Positions 1 through 9,604 of a stretch of 64,000 bases of DNA are shown piece after piece (the stretch's first letter is position 1; every line of letters begins with the position of its first letter). Source of the stretch: Candidatus Bilamarchaeum sp. GTDB taxonomy: Archaea; Micrarchaeota; Micrarchaeia; Anstonellales; Bilamarchaeaceae. The position numbers were made by a program, and so were the translations under genes. The stretch is from assembly GCA_035455205.1 (NCBI GenBank), contig DATIFM010000008.1, forward strand, positions 13,146 through 77,145, given 5' to 3'. A model generated the notes under the pieces. The model had not been told where the DNA came from, ran no database searches, and saw only the letters and a list, made by a program, of their open reading frames with translations.

Positions 1-668
1 GAGAGCACGAGCGCCTTCGGGAGTATGTTGCGGCTGTCCTTCACCTCCTCGGCGAGGTTCGCTATGTTCTCGAAGCCGATATAAGCGAAGAAGATGACCG
101 AAACTGCGGCTATGATGCCGGAGATTCCCGCGGGCGGAAGCTCGAGCAGGTTTACCTCGGCCTGCGGGGCGATGAGGAAAGCCGCGCCTATCACGATTAG
201 CAGGCCGAGCATCTCTATGAGCGTCGAAACGATGTTGAAAGTCGCGGATTCCCTGATTCCGGCATAGTTGAGGAGCGTCATGAGGCCTATCAGGCCGAGG
301 GCGGCCGCTTTCGGCTCGATGCCGGTAAGGGCCGAGAAATATCCGCCGAATCCGAGTGCCACGGTGGACGCGGCTATAAGCGTGCCGACAGAGAGCACCC
401 ATCCGACGAGGAACGAGAGCGGCTCGCGGCCGAATGCTTTCCGGGTGTAATTGTATTCGGCGGCCTCCTTGGGGAACATGCCTGAAAGCTCGGCGTAGCT
501 GAGGCCGGAAAACACCGCGATGACCGCGGAAACAAGGAACGCCAGCCAGAGCATGTTGCCCGCGAGGCCTGCCCCTACGGCTATCAGGGCGTATATTCCC
601 GCCCCGAGTATGACGCCTATCCCGTAAAGTGTGGTGCTGAACAAATCCAGCTCGCGCTTCAGTTTCAC
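1..668 (-). CDS. APC-family amino acid/polyamine permease (runs off the window start)
   Basis: Hand translation from GTG at 668: MKLKRELDLFSTTLYGIGVILGAGIYALIAVGAGLAGNMLWLAF..., with the TM1 GAGI motif and a YAELS motif. The start overlaps the upstream stop (GTGA). Not in the ORF track. Confidence 0.9.
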   Translation of the reverse strand, partial: MKLKRELDLFSTTLYGIGVILGAGIYALIAVGAGLAGNMLWLAFLVSAVIAVFSGLSYAELSGMFPKEAAEYNYTRKAFGREPLSFLVGWVLSVGTLIAASTVALGFGGYFSALTGIEPKAAALGLIGLMTLLNYAGIRESATFNIVSTLIEMLGLLIVIGAAFLIAPQAEVNLLELPPAGISGIIAAVSVIFFAYIGFENIANLAEEVKDSRNILPKALVL

Positions 669-1459
669 CTTTGATACCCGCTCCGGATATCCTTGCGAAT
701 CTTATAAACTTTAGCGGCCCGGGCGAGCGCGTTTTTGGGAAGCTCCGCGACGAGGAGGCTCTCCCTGCTGTGCGCGGCCAGCTTCACAGCACCGCGCACC
801 GGGACAGTGAGCTGGGAGTGCCCGATGAGCCGGTCGCCCGGCTCGTATACGCCGGCCGCGTTGGCGTATGCAATCGCGCACTCGTTCTCGAATGCGCGCA
901 CGAAGCAGAGTGCGTCGATGTTTTTCGACTCGGAAGGGTAATTGCTTATCCTGGCATCAGACCAGAAGCTCGGGACGTATATGATTCCCGCGCCCCCCTG
1001 CGCCATTTTCCTGAATATCGCGGGGTTCACGAGGTCCCAGCAGATTGCGAGGCCGGCCTTCCCGAAGCGCGTATTGAAGACGGAGATTTCCGCGCCCGGG
1101 CAGAGCCGTTCGCGCTCGCTGTGCCAGAGGTTCATCTTGCGGTAGCAGCCGAGAAGCCGCCCGCCCCGCTCGAAATAGCACGCGGTGTTGTATGCCTTCC
1201 CTTTTTCGGATTCGACGAAGGAGCCGCTCACGATGTCAATCCTGCTCTTTTTGGCGAGGTTCGAAAACAGCCTCCTGTAAGCGCCCTTCGAATCGATGAG
1301 TTCCGGCCTGCCCTTGACCGAGCCCGTGAGGCAGTATTCGGGAAGGACAAGGACGTCTGCGCGCCCGGCCCGGGCTTTCCGGATGAATTTCCGTATTTTC
1401 GCGATGTTCGCCTCGACATCGCCCTGCGCTATCTCCATCTGCGCTATCGCGATTCTCAT
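665..1459 (-). CDS. Carbon-nitrogen hydrolase (nitrilase superfamily amidase)
   Basis: MRIAIAQ start; LPEY (Glu), YRKMNL (Lys) and ICWD (Cys) form the catalytic triad; RAFEN motif. ATGA overlap with the upstream gene. Confidence 0.92.
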   Translation of the reverse strand: MRIAIAQMEIAQGDVEANIAKIRKFIRKARAGRADVLVLPEYCLTGSVKGRPELIDSKGAYRRLFSNLAKKSRIDIVSGSFVESEKGKAYNTACYFERGGRLLGCYRKMNLWHSERERLCPGAEISVFNTRFGKAGLAICWDLVNPAIFRKMAQGGAGIIYVPSFWSDARISNYPSESKNIDALCFVRAFENECAIAYANAAGVYEPGDRLIGHSQLTVPVRGAVKLAAHSRESLLVAELPKNALARAAKVYKIRKDIRSGYQR

Positions 1460-2244
1460 AATGACCAAACGTACAGGTTCGTGTAGGTTTTATTGCCTAT
1501 CGTCATCGAGTAGTGCTCGCGCAGGACTCCGTGCGGCATCATTCCCAAATCGTGGCAGGAGCGCATCACCGGCGCGGCTATGGTTTCGGCCAGAGTTATC
1601 GAGGAGCCGTCCCTTTCAAGGGCCTCGGCCCGGATTTTCGCGGCGAGCGCGGTGGTCATGCCTATCCCCCGGATTGATGGGATGGAGGCGCTCAAAGTGA
1701 ATTCAACGACCGGAATCCCCCCGTAATGGCAGGTCTGCCCGAAAAGGGCGGATACCATGCGCCCTTTGCTGAAGACGCCATATGCGATCGAATCCCGGAG
1801 GCGGGAGAGCAGAACCCCCGAATTGAGCGGCACAGGATAATCGGAATAGGTCTGCGAGTAGAGGAATTCGAGGTCCAACGCCGTCCGCTGGTCCGCCTGG
1901 AGGCGGACGATATCAAGGTTTTCTGGCAGGGGCCGCCTTGCCGAGCACAGGACTTTCGCGAGGTAGAGCGTCTCATCATGGAGCGTCTGCTCCGAGGGGA
2001 GACGCGAGGGCAGGTTGAACCCTAAAAAAACCAGCTCGCCGCGCCCTGCCGGGAATTTCGCCTCGACCCTGAATTCATCCTCTTTCACGGGGCCCTCGGT
2101 GAGGACGCGCAATACTCCGCGGCTGGAGCCGCTCCGCATCATCTCATAGCGGACGACCCCTTTGAGCCTCTCTATATCAGAGCACGAAGCGAATTCGGGG
2201 TGCGCAAGCTCGATGCGCCTGAGCCTCGGGTTGTGTGCCAGCAT
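1456..2244 (-). CDS. GNAT acetyltransferase resembling the beta-lysine N-acetyltransferase (AblB/YodP) family
   Basis: LY..TY..YPVPL, G.MVSA, acetyl-CoA loop P.IRGIGMTTAL and C-terminal NLYVW follow the AblB/YodP pattern. Confidence 0.6.
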   Translation of the reverse strand: MLAHNPRLRRIELAHPEFASCSDIERLKGVVRYEMMRSGSSRGVLRVLTEGPVKEDEFRVEAKFPAGRGELVFLGFNLPSRLPSEQTLHDETLYLAKVLCSARRPLPENLDIVRLQADQRTALDLEFLYSQTYSDYPVPLNSGVLLSRLRDSIAYGVFSKGRMVSALFGQTCHYGGIPVVEFTLSASIPSIRGIGMTTALAAKIRAEALERDGSSITLAETIAAPVMRSCHDLGMMPHGVLREHYSMTIGNKTYTNLYVWSL

Positions 2245-2250
2245 GCATAC

Positions 2251-4365
2251 CTACTCCTGCGCCGGCTCGTTGCTTACTACCGTCCAGAGGGACTTGTGGA
2301 GGACAATCCGGAGGCCGGTTGCCGGGAGCGAGAATGCCGCCCAGTATTCTTCGAGGGCAGGGGTGAAAAAGGCGATTTCCTGCGGATTGAGGCCCCGGCG
2401 CTCGACGCGGAGCGACGCGTCGAAGAGCGGCTGGAGGCGCCGCATGGCTTTAGTAACCGAGTCGGGGTCCGAAGCCCTCAGCCGCGAGCCTTCGAGGATT
2501 TTTTTGATTCTCGGGAGGCTGAGGGGGTTGAGGCGTATCTCCTTGAGCGCGGATTCCGTTATCAGGCCCTCCTCCTTTAGCTGGGCGCAGGCGGCAATCA
2601 CGTCGCGCCCCTGCGGCGGCCTCTTTATGAGCGAGTCCTTCACGTCGCTCCGGACGTAAATCCTTCCGCCAACCATCCCCGTCCCGAGGAAATCCCCGGC
2701 GATTGGCGTGTCCACGTCCTCCCGGCCGAGGTGGCCGAGGCCGAGGACAAGGCCGGTACCGCCGCTTGCCATCTTCATGAAATACTGGCCCACGGTCTCG
2801 CCTATCACGACGAATGGCTCGTGGCCGTCCTTCGGGCGCAGCTGCTGGCACCCCCTGGAGTCGAGGGAGCCGCGGTGGAAAAGATACTCGCCCTGGAACG
2901 CGTTCGCGTGCATCATGCCCGCGTTAGCATGGCAGACGACCTTGCGGACGCTCGAGGCTTCGAGGCAGTTGTCCTGCATCGGACCGACGATTTCAAGGGT
3001 CCCGTCGCCGTCGGTGTAGCTCGCGCCGTGGCTTCCGAGGGTGCCCGCGTATATGCGGTGGCCGGTTATGCGCTCGCCCGCAAACTGGTTGGGCTCACCG
3101 CGGAGGCGGCCTTCGGCCGTCTTCCGGTCCATCGAAGGGGCGGAGATGAAAGGGCGCCTGCTCCGCCCGGACTCGATTATCCCGGAGCGCGAGGACGCCC
3201 AGAGGAACTTTCCGGGCTCCGGCGAATACGCCTCGACCTTGGGCGAGAATATGTCGAGGCCGGTCGCGGCCTCGATCTGGCGGAGCTCGCTTGCCACGAA
3301 AACCCTGCCGTCCTCGTGGTCTATGACTATCTGGAGTGGGCGGAATGTGTTCCGGTCCCTGAACGCAAGGAGCTGGACCTCGTCCTCGTAGGTAATCAGG
3401 GCGATGCTCGAGACCGGACCGTCCAGGCCGAAGCCGCGGTAGCTTTTGGCGATGGCATCGAGTCTCGCGCGCTCCGCGCTCCCCCGGAGGAGCTGGGTGA
3501 TGTGGTTGTCGAAGGCCGGGACGAGCGCGGAAAGTATTCCGGAAATCGAAAGCCCCGGCTCGGACATCAGCCCGGTCTTGAGCATGGTGTAAATCATTCC
3601 GGCGATGACCTCGCTGTCCGTTCCCACCCAGCTTTTCCTGAGCTTCGCGATGAACGAGTCCACGCCGTTCTTGGTGGAGTTGTGGTACAGCTCGGCAAGC
3701 CTCGACTCGCAGGCCGCGAGGTTCGCGCGGTAGCTCGTCACATCGCCGTTGTGCACGATTCCGACGTTCCCGAACCCGAAGGGATGGGCGCGGGCGACCT
3801 TGGGCTCTGAGCCCGTGGGATAGCGCGTGTGGGCTATCATGCCGGTAGCCGGCATCTCCCCAAATCCGTAGATGCGCTCCTGCTCCGAGAGCGATTCGAG
3901 GCCCTTGTAGAGCGTGAGGCCGTGGCCGAACGAGATTATCCGGCCGTCATCCACTCCGACCTGCGAATTCGCGCGTATCACGGCCGAAAGCAGGTGGATG
4001 TATTCTGCCTCGGTCTTGGCCTGGTAAATCTGCCCCTGTCCCTTGTTTATTTCCCCGACGCGGACGCCTTCCTCTTCGAGGATGCCGCGGATGCGCTCCG
4101 CGAAGACGTCGGTGCGCGCCCATATGCACAGGTTCTTGCCCCTCTGGCCGCGCTCGGCGTGGGCGAGCATAACTCCGTTGCCGTAGGTGCCCCCGCGCGC
4201 GGACTCGGCCTCGCAAATCCCGCGGACCGCGCAGTTTCCCGTGAGGGGCTTCTCGCCGAATGAGAGAGCGCCGAAGATGGCGCAGTTCGAGGAATCCTTC
4301 TGCGCCTTGCGCACCGGCTCAAGCGCCAATGTAATCAACTCCGAGAAGGGACGCCGTCCGGGCAT
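2251..4365 (-). CDS. Glutamate synthase-like subunit: class II glutamine amidotransferase domain fused to the GXGXG beta-helix domain (GltB domains 1+3)
   Basis: Ntn nucleophile CAIFG after a short leader; AHTRYPT, AHPF, HNGDV, TDSEV, RDRNTFRP; C-terminal G-rich repeats (GDFLGTGMVGGRIYVR). Confidence 0.88.
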   Translation of the reverse strand: MPGRRPFSELITLALEPVRKAQKDSSNCAIFGALSFGEKPLTGNCAVRGICEAESARGGTYGNGVMLAHAERGQRGKNLCIWARTDVFAERIRGILEEEGVRVGEINKGQGQIYQAKTEAEYIHLLSAVIRANSQVGVDDGRIISFGHGLTLYKGLESLSEQERIYGFGEMPATGMIAHTRYPTGSEPKVARAHPFGFGNVGIVHNGDVTSYRANLAACESRLAELYHNSTKNGVDSFIAKLRKSWVGTDSEVIAGMIYTMLKTGLMSEPGLSISGILSALVPAFDNHITQLLRGSAERARLDAIAKSYRGFGLDGPVSSIALITYEDEVQLLAFRDRNTFRPLQIVIDHEDGRVFVASELRQIEAATGLDIFSPKVEAYSPEPGKFLWASSRSGIIESGRSRRPFISAPSMDRKTAEGRLRGEPNQFAGERITGHRIYAGTLGSHGASYTDGDGTLEIVGPMQDNCLEASSVRKVVCHANAGMMHANAFQGEYLFHRGSLDSRGCQQLRPKDGHEPFVVIGETVGQYFMKMASGGTGLVLGLGHLGREDVDTPIAGDFLGTGMVGGRIYVRSDVKDSLIKRPPQGRDVIAACAQLKEEGLITESALKEIRLNPLSLPRIKKILEGSRLRASDPDSVTKAMRRLQPLFDASLRVERRGLNPQEIAFFTPALEEYWAAFSLPATGLRIVLHKSLWTVVSNEPAQE

Positions 4366-6544
4366 CAAGGTAGTGGCTCGCGCGCAGTATGTTCCGGTTG
4401 CCGGTCACAGAGCTTATCATCGAAAGCCCGGACGCGCCCATGTGCTGCCTGAGCTCGGCCGCGAGGCCCGATAGGAGGTTGAGCTGGCGCTGGTATGTCG
4501 GCTCGGTTATCAGCTTCGACGGGTCGCAGACGACCGCGTCCGCACCGAGGCACGCGAGGGCATAGATGTCCCTGGAGCTCCGGATGGCGGCGCGGGCGAT
4601 GAGCACGGTTTTCCTGCGCAGTATCATGCCGTCATGTATCGCGAGGCTGAGCGCATCGTCTGCCTGGCTCACGGCCACATCGAGCGGGATTTTTCCGGCC
4701 ATCCCCATAGCGCCTGCGATTATGAGCCCGTCCACGCCGGCGCGGGCGAGCGAGACCGAATCCTCGCGGATGCTTTCCGAGGCTTCGATTGACGCGTAGA
4801 CGGGCGTGGATGGGGATAGCATCTTAATCTCCCGGATGTTCTCCCTCGTCGCGTCCGCGACCGAAAGCAGAACGCCCGACGATTCGCGGATGTGGTAAAT
4901 CTTGGCCGGGATTTCCGCCGCGCCCACGGGGATTATCCTCCGCTTGGGGTCCTCGGCCGTGCTGCTGCAAAGTATTATCGTGTTCTTCTCGCGCGCGAGC
5001 TTCGTCGTCTCCTCCCCGTTCCCGTCCTCGAGTATGAGGGGCATGCTGATGTTGACGCTCCCGGGCAGCCTCACCATCGTCTCTATCACCTCTCGGTGGG
5101 AGTCGTATGCCGGACCCACGACGGTCCTCCCCTCGTGGTCGAGGAGGTCGAGGTTCGAGTACGGCGCGTCGAGGTCGGTCGTGCGCCCCATGCTCGAAAC
5201 CGATGGCTTGCCGGTCTTTGCGAGGCTCTCAAGCAGGTCTGAATAGTATTTCTGGGGGGATTTTGCCGGAGCCGGATAGGCCGGGGCGCTGGAAGGGACG
5301 CCGAGCATCGACGCGAGCTCGCGCGGCATCTTTTCCGCATGCAAAAGCTCGCTGTGGCCGACCGCATCGGATGCGGTTGCGAACCCGAAAGTGCGCAGGC
5401 AGTCCCCGAGCTCCATGCGGTATGCCCTGAAGAAGCGGTCGAGGGCGTCAGTTGCCCAGGCGAGGTCGAGCTCGCGCTTGCGCCAGCCGCCTTCCATGGT
5501 CGGTATCGCGGTCAGCGCGGTCGGGCAGTCCTTGTGGCACATGTTAACGACCTTGCACCCGAGGCCCACGAGCGACGCGGTGCCGAGGAGCACGCCGTCT
5601 GCGCCAAGGAGCATGAGCTTGAACGCCTTTGATGGAAGGTCGACGCGGCCTGCGGCGATTATCCTGAATTTCTCGCGCATGCCGATGCGTTCTATCTGCC
5701 TGTGCGCCAGCCTGACGGCGAGCTCGATTTCCATGCCGATGTGGTCGCGGTGGACATTGGGCGCGGCGCCGGTCCCTCCGCCCCTTCCGTCTATTATTAT
5801 GCCGTCCGCGCCTGCCCTCGCGGCCCCGGCCGCGACGTGCTCGATGGAGTGCGACGCCCCGGCCTTCACGAGGACGGGTTTCCCGGTCACGTGCTTCACG
5901 GCCTGCACGAGTGCGCGCATCTCCTCGATTGAGAACACCCTGCTCGCGTCGGAAAGTATGTCCACGCCTCCCGGCATTCCCCTTATTCGCCGTATCGTTT
6001 CCGTGACTTTGGCCTTGGGAAGGTGGCCGCCCATCCCGATTTTGGCCGACTGGCTCATCTTTATCGAGACGACGCAGGCCTGCCTGAGCATGTCCGGGTT
6101 CACGCCGAAGAGCCCGGTCGCGACCTGCACCATGATGTTCGGGTTGCCGATTATCGGGGGAGCGACTCCGCCCTCGCCAACGCCGAAGATGAAGTCGTTC
6201 ATTTTCGCCGCCTCTGCGACGGCCTGGTGCACTTCCTGCTGCGTCGCGCCGAATGAGTATTCCCCGAAAAGGATTGGAGCCGAGTAAGTGCGGCCCCCGA
6301 GCGGGAAGCCGAGGTCAGATGAGGCGAGCGCCGGGGCAGAGGGGGGCTCAAGGACCAGCATGTCCGAGACAGGGTAAGGAGGCGAATCGAAGCGGGGGTT
6401 GAAGCTCACGAGCTCGTCGAGCGAGAACTGGGACTGCCCGGTCGCGCCCATCCGCTGGAGCCGGTCGATTATCCCCTCGGTGAAATATTTCCTTCCGCCC
6501 GTCTCCCGGTTCCGCGGCGGCGTCTTGGCAAGGTAGGCTCCCAT
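4319..6544 (-). CDS. Glutamate synthase FMN-binding subunit (GltB domain 2) with a second, degenerate FMN-barrel copy
   Basis: SFGA, GEGG, QVATGLFGV, KMSQSAKIGMGGHLP, DGRGGGTGAAP and a CKVVNMCHKDCP Fe-S motif. The C-terminal third repeats barrel motifs (SSMG, IRSSRDIYALACLGADAV). Confidence 0.88.
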   Translation of the reverse strand: MGAYLAKTPPRNRETGGRKYFTEGIIDRLQRMGATGQSQFSLDELVSFNPRFDSPPYPVSDMLVLEPPSAPALASSDLGFPLGGRTYSAPILFGEYSFGATQQEVHQAVAEAAKMNDFIFGVGEGGVAPPIIGNPNIMVQVATGLFGVNPDMLRQACVVSIKMSQSAKIGMGGHLPKAKVTETIRRIRGMPGGVDILSDASRVFSIEEMRALVQAVKHVTGKPVLVKAGASHSIEHVAAGAARAGADGIIIDGRGGGTGAAPNVHRDHIGMEIELAVRLAHRQIERIGMREKFRIIAAGRVDLPSKAFKLMLLGADGVLLGTASLVGLGCKVVNMCHKDCPTALTAIPTMEGGWRKRELDLAWATDALDRFFRAYRMELGDCLRTFGFATASDAVGHSELLHAEKMPRELASMLGVPSSAPAYPAPAKSPQKYYSDLLESLAKTGKPSVSSMGRTTDLDAPYSNLDLLDHEGRTVVGPAYDSHREVIETMVRLPGSVNISMPLILEDGNGEETTKLAREKNTIILCSSTAEDPKRRIIPVGAAEIPAKIYHIRESSGVLLSVADATRENIREIKMLSPSTPVYASIEASESIREDSVSLARAGVDGLIIAGAMGMAGKIPLDVAVSQADDALSLAIHDGMILRRKTVLIARAAIRSSRDIYALACLGADAVVCDPSKLITEPTYQRQLNLLSGLAAELRQHMGASGLSMISSVTGNRNILRASHYLDARTASLLGVDYIGA

Positions 6545-6689
6545 CAGCCTCGGGCCCCTCGAAGTAGGGTTACCCCTGTCCGGAGAGACTTCATCCACCT
6601 GCCTAGACAAAAACAAACACCGCAGGCTAGTTTGTGAAAATGGATTTATAAGACTTTAGATGGGTGATAATTGGATTTCGTTATCCGTA

Positions 6690-7526
6690 CTATTGTTTTT
6701 TGCGCGATGCCCTGAGCATCGCGGTGTGTTCATCAGCATAGGCGGCCGCGGTCTTTGCATCCGGGAGCCTCGCAGCCATCGCGAGAATGTCCGGAAAGTT
6801 GCCGGGGTCGGCTTCCTCGAGTGCTTTCAGTGCCTTCACGAGAGTGTCGAATTCGGCGCCCTTCCAGTCCGGGCGGATGCGCCGGAGGCTGTCCTCCCAG
6901 CCCGGGGGCTTTTCCCCTGAAAGGGAGAATATCAGGCCGCTCGTAGCGGCGTTCGCATTCGGGTCGGGAGCGTCGGCAACGAGGGCGGAGACGAAAGCCG
7001 CAGCCTCGATGTCGCTCTTTTTCGCTGCGAGGGCGGCTAGCGGGTTGTCAGGCTCGTCGGGGTCGAACTCGGTCATTATGTGGCGTATCCTGAAGCGCAC
7101 CGAGCGCGCGACCGCATCCCGGGACTCGCGGTCGAGCTTGTCCCTGTGCATCCTTTTTTCGAGCCGCTCGAGGAACAGGGCCGCGTAGTGCCCGAGCATC
7201 GCCGCTCCGAGCCCCTCCACCGTAGCGAGGGAGCGAAGGCCGCTCACGTGGGCAAGGAGAAGCGCGGAAACAGTGCGCGCGTCGTATTCGGCGCCGAGCG
7301 CTGAGCGGCACTCCGATAGCGCAGGCTCGGGAAGCTCCCGCGCGGATGCAAATCCCTGAATCTCGTCTGCGGCGCTCCTGAGCCTCTCAGGCACCGTCCC
7401 CTTTGCCGAAGCCCCGCGCACGTGGGCCGAAAGCGAGGGGGAGATTTTTGCGAGCGCGGAGAGCGCATCCTCGAGCCGCCTCCCCGCGAAAGAAAGCGCA
7501 AAGTCCGAGACTTCAGCCTTATCCAT
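6690..7526 (-). CDS. Hypothetical alpha-helical protein
   Basis: 278-aa ORF, 4 nt after the upstream stop, with no recognisable motif. Confidence 0.7.
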   Translation of the reverse strand: MDKAEVSDFALSFAGRRLEDALSALAKISPSLSAHVRGASAKGTVPERLRSAADEIQGFASARELPEPALSECRSALGAEYDARTVSALLLAHVSGLRSLATVEGLGAAMLGHYAALFLERLEKRMHRDKLDRESRDAVARSVRFRIRHIMTEFDPDEPDNPLAALAAKKSDIEAAAFVSALVADAPDPNANAATSGLIFSLSGEKPPGWEDSLRRIRPDWKGAEFDTLVKALKALEEADPGNFPDILAMAARLPDAKTAAAYADEHTAMLRASRKKQ

Positions 7527-7530
7527 GGAG

Positions 7531-7803
7531 TTACTCTTTGTTGAGCTCCTTTTCGGCGAGGTCGATCGCGAGCTTGGAGGTATCGATGAGCAGCTTGCTC
7601 ACACCGTTTTTCTTTATCGGGGGCTTGGTGGAGTACATGTAGCTTGCCGTGCCTGTGAGCTTCCTCTTCTTTGCGTCAGCGGCGTTGGCATATTTCAGGT
7701 TGGCCTTGGATATCACGACCATGTACGGCCGGTTGCCGCACTTTTCCTCGATTATCTTCGCGCACGCCTCTATGGCTTCCTTAAGGTCCTTGTCAGCTTC
7801 CAG
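7531..7803 (-). CDS. Small hypothetical protein, probable CTG start
   Basis: The frame is open upstream of the annotated ATG (LEADKDLKEAIEACAKIIEEKCGNRPYMVV...). GGTGA lies 4 nt before CTG at 7803. Confidence 0.6.
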   Translation of the reverse strand: MEADKDLKEAIEACAKIIEEKCGNRPYMVVISKANLKYANAADAKKRKLTGTASYMYSTKPPIKKNGVSKLLIDTSKLAIDLAEKELNKE

Positions 7804-7868
7804 AATATCACCTGTCAGGGGTTCCTTTGCCGGACAACAATTAAAAACAATGCAAGCGTTCGGTCTTC

Positions 7869-9527
7869 ATGCTCAGGCACGACATAGTGATAGTCGGGGC
7901 GGGCCTTGCCGGGCTCCGGGCGGCGATAGAGCTCAACAGGAAGGCCGACTGCGCCATAATATGCAAGACCTACCCCAACCTCGCGCATTCGACTGAGGCG
8001 CAGGGCGGCATAAATGCAGCCATCGACCCCGACGACAGCTGGCAGGACCACGCCTACGACACCTGCTACGGGGGAGATTACCTGAACGACCAGGACGCGG
8101 TCGAGGCGCTCTGCTCGGACGCGCCCCGCGTGATAGAGGAGCTCGTCGGCTATGGCGTGAATTTCAACCGCACCAAAAGCGGCATGATAGCCCAGAGGGC
8201 GTTCGGCGCGCAGAAGTTCAACCGCACGTGCTTCGCGGCCGACCGGACCGGCCATGCCCTGCTCCATTCCCTCTACAGGCAGGCCATCTCCCTCGGCGTC
8301 ACGATATACAACGAGTGGCAGGCGGTTTCCCTGGTGAAGAAGGGGGGGCGCGTCAGCGGAATCGTCGCCCTCGACATGGCAGACGGGGAGTTCAAGGCCG
8401 TTGCGGCAAAGGCGGTGATACTCGCGTCCGGGGGGGCCGGGAGAGTGTACGGGAAGACCACGAACCCCGAGAACACGGGCGACGGGATTGCGATCGCGTA
8501 CAATGCGGGCGCGCCCATCATGGACATGGAGATGGTCCAGTTCCACCCGACGACATTGCGCGGCTCGAACAAGCTGCTCTCCGAGGCAGCCCGCGGCGAG
8601 GGGGCATACCTAATCAACGCCAAGGGCGAGCGGTTCATGAAAAGGTACGCGCCGGACAAGATGGAGCTCGCTTCGCGCGACGTCGTATCGCGCGCAGAGG
8701 CGACCGAGATAATGGAGGGGCGGGGGGTCCTCGGGGACTCGGTGTACCTGGATTTCCGGCACCTCGAGCCGGAATTGATTAACACCCGCCTGCCGGACAT
8801 CAGGAAGAACGCGCTCGAACTCGTCGGCATAGACATAACGAAGGAGCCCGTGCCTGTCCAGCCGGGCCAGCACTACACGATGGCAGGAATTTCGACCGAC
8901 ACCGAATGCAAGACCCAGATACAGGGCCTCTTTGCCGCCGGGGAGTGCGCCTGCATCAGCGTCCACGGGGCGAACAGGCTGGGAGGAAACTCCCTCATGG
9001 AAACGTTCGTGTTCGGGCGGAGGGCCGCAGCCAGCGCTCTCAGATTTATCAAGGGCAAGGCGTTCGAGCCGATAGGCGAGACGGTGACAAAAATCGAGGA
9101 GGAGCGCGCCGCGAGATGGATGAAGAACGAGGGCAGGCTGGTCCGCCATTTGAGATTTGAGCTCGGGAAAGCCATGGACGACTTTGCCGGCCCGTTCCGC
9201 GACGGGGCCATGCTCGGAAAGGCGAGGGAGGCGGTTGCGAGGCTGAAGAAGGAGCCGATAGCCGTGAGCGAGCACAGCCACGTCTTCAACGCGGAACTGC
9301 AGGCCGCATACGAGCTGTGGTTCATGCTCGACCTAGCGCAGTGCACGGTCGCAAGCGCGATGGACAGGAAGGAGAGCCGGGGCGCGCACAGCAGGACCGA
9401 CTTCCCGAAAAGGGACGACAGGAACTGGCTGAAGCACATCCTCTGCACGAAGGCCGAGGACGGCCCGGCGCTGTCCTACAGGCCGGTGAGCATAACGAGG
9501 TGGAAGCCGGTCGAAAGGCACTATTAG
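7869..9527 (+). CDS. sdhA: Succinate dehydrogenase/fumarate reductase flavoprotein subunit
   Basis: GAGLAG FAD loop, AHSTEAQGG covalent-FAD His, QFHPT, SEAARGEG, ELASRDVVSR, HYTMAG, HGANRLGGNSL, RKESRGAH. Confidence 0.9.
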   Translation: MLRHDIVIVGAGLAGLRAAIELNRKADCAIICKTYPNLAHSTEAQGGINAAIDPDDSWQDHAYDTCYGGDYLNDQDAVEALCSDAPRVIEELVGYGVNFNRTKSGMIAQRAFGAQKFNRTCFAADRTGHALLHSLYRQAISLGVTIYNEWQAVSLVKKGGRVSGIVALDMADGEFKAVAAKAVILASGGAGRVYGKTTNPENTGDGIAIAYNAGAPIMDMEMVQFHPTTLRGSNKLLSEAARGEGAYLINAKGERFMKRYAPDKMELASRDVVSRAEATEIMEGRGVLGDSVYLDFRHLEPELINTRLPDIRKNALELVGIDITKEPVPVQPGQHYTMAGISTDTECKTQIQGLFAAGECACISVHGANRLGGNSLMETFVFGRRAAASALRFIKGKAFEPIGETVTKIEEERAARWMKNEGRLVRHLRFELGKAMDDFAGPFRDGAMLGKAREAVARLKKEPIAVSEHSHVFNAELQAAYELWFMLDLAQCTVASAMDRKESRGAHSRTDFPKRDDRNWLKHILCTKAEDGPALSYRPVSITRWKPVERHY

Positions 9528-9604
9528 CTTGCTCGCCCCCCAGGGCTCGCCACGGATTTGGCACTATTCATCATTTTTAAGCACTAATATACCAATTGAT
9601 AGCC

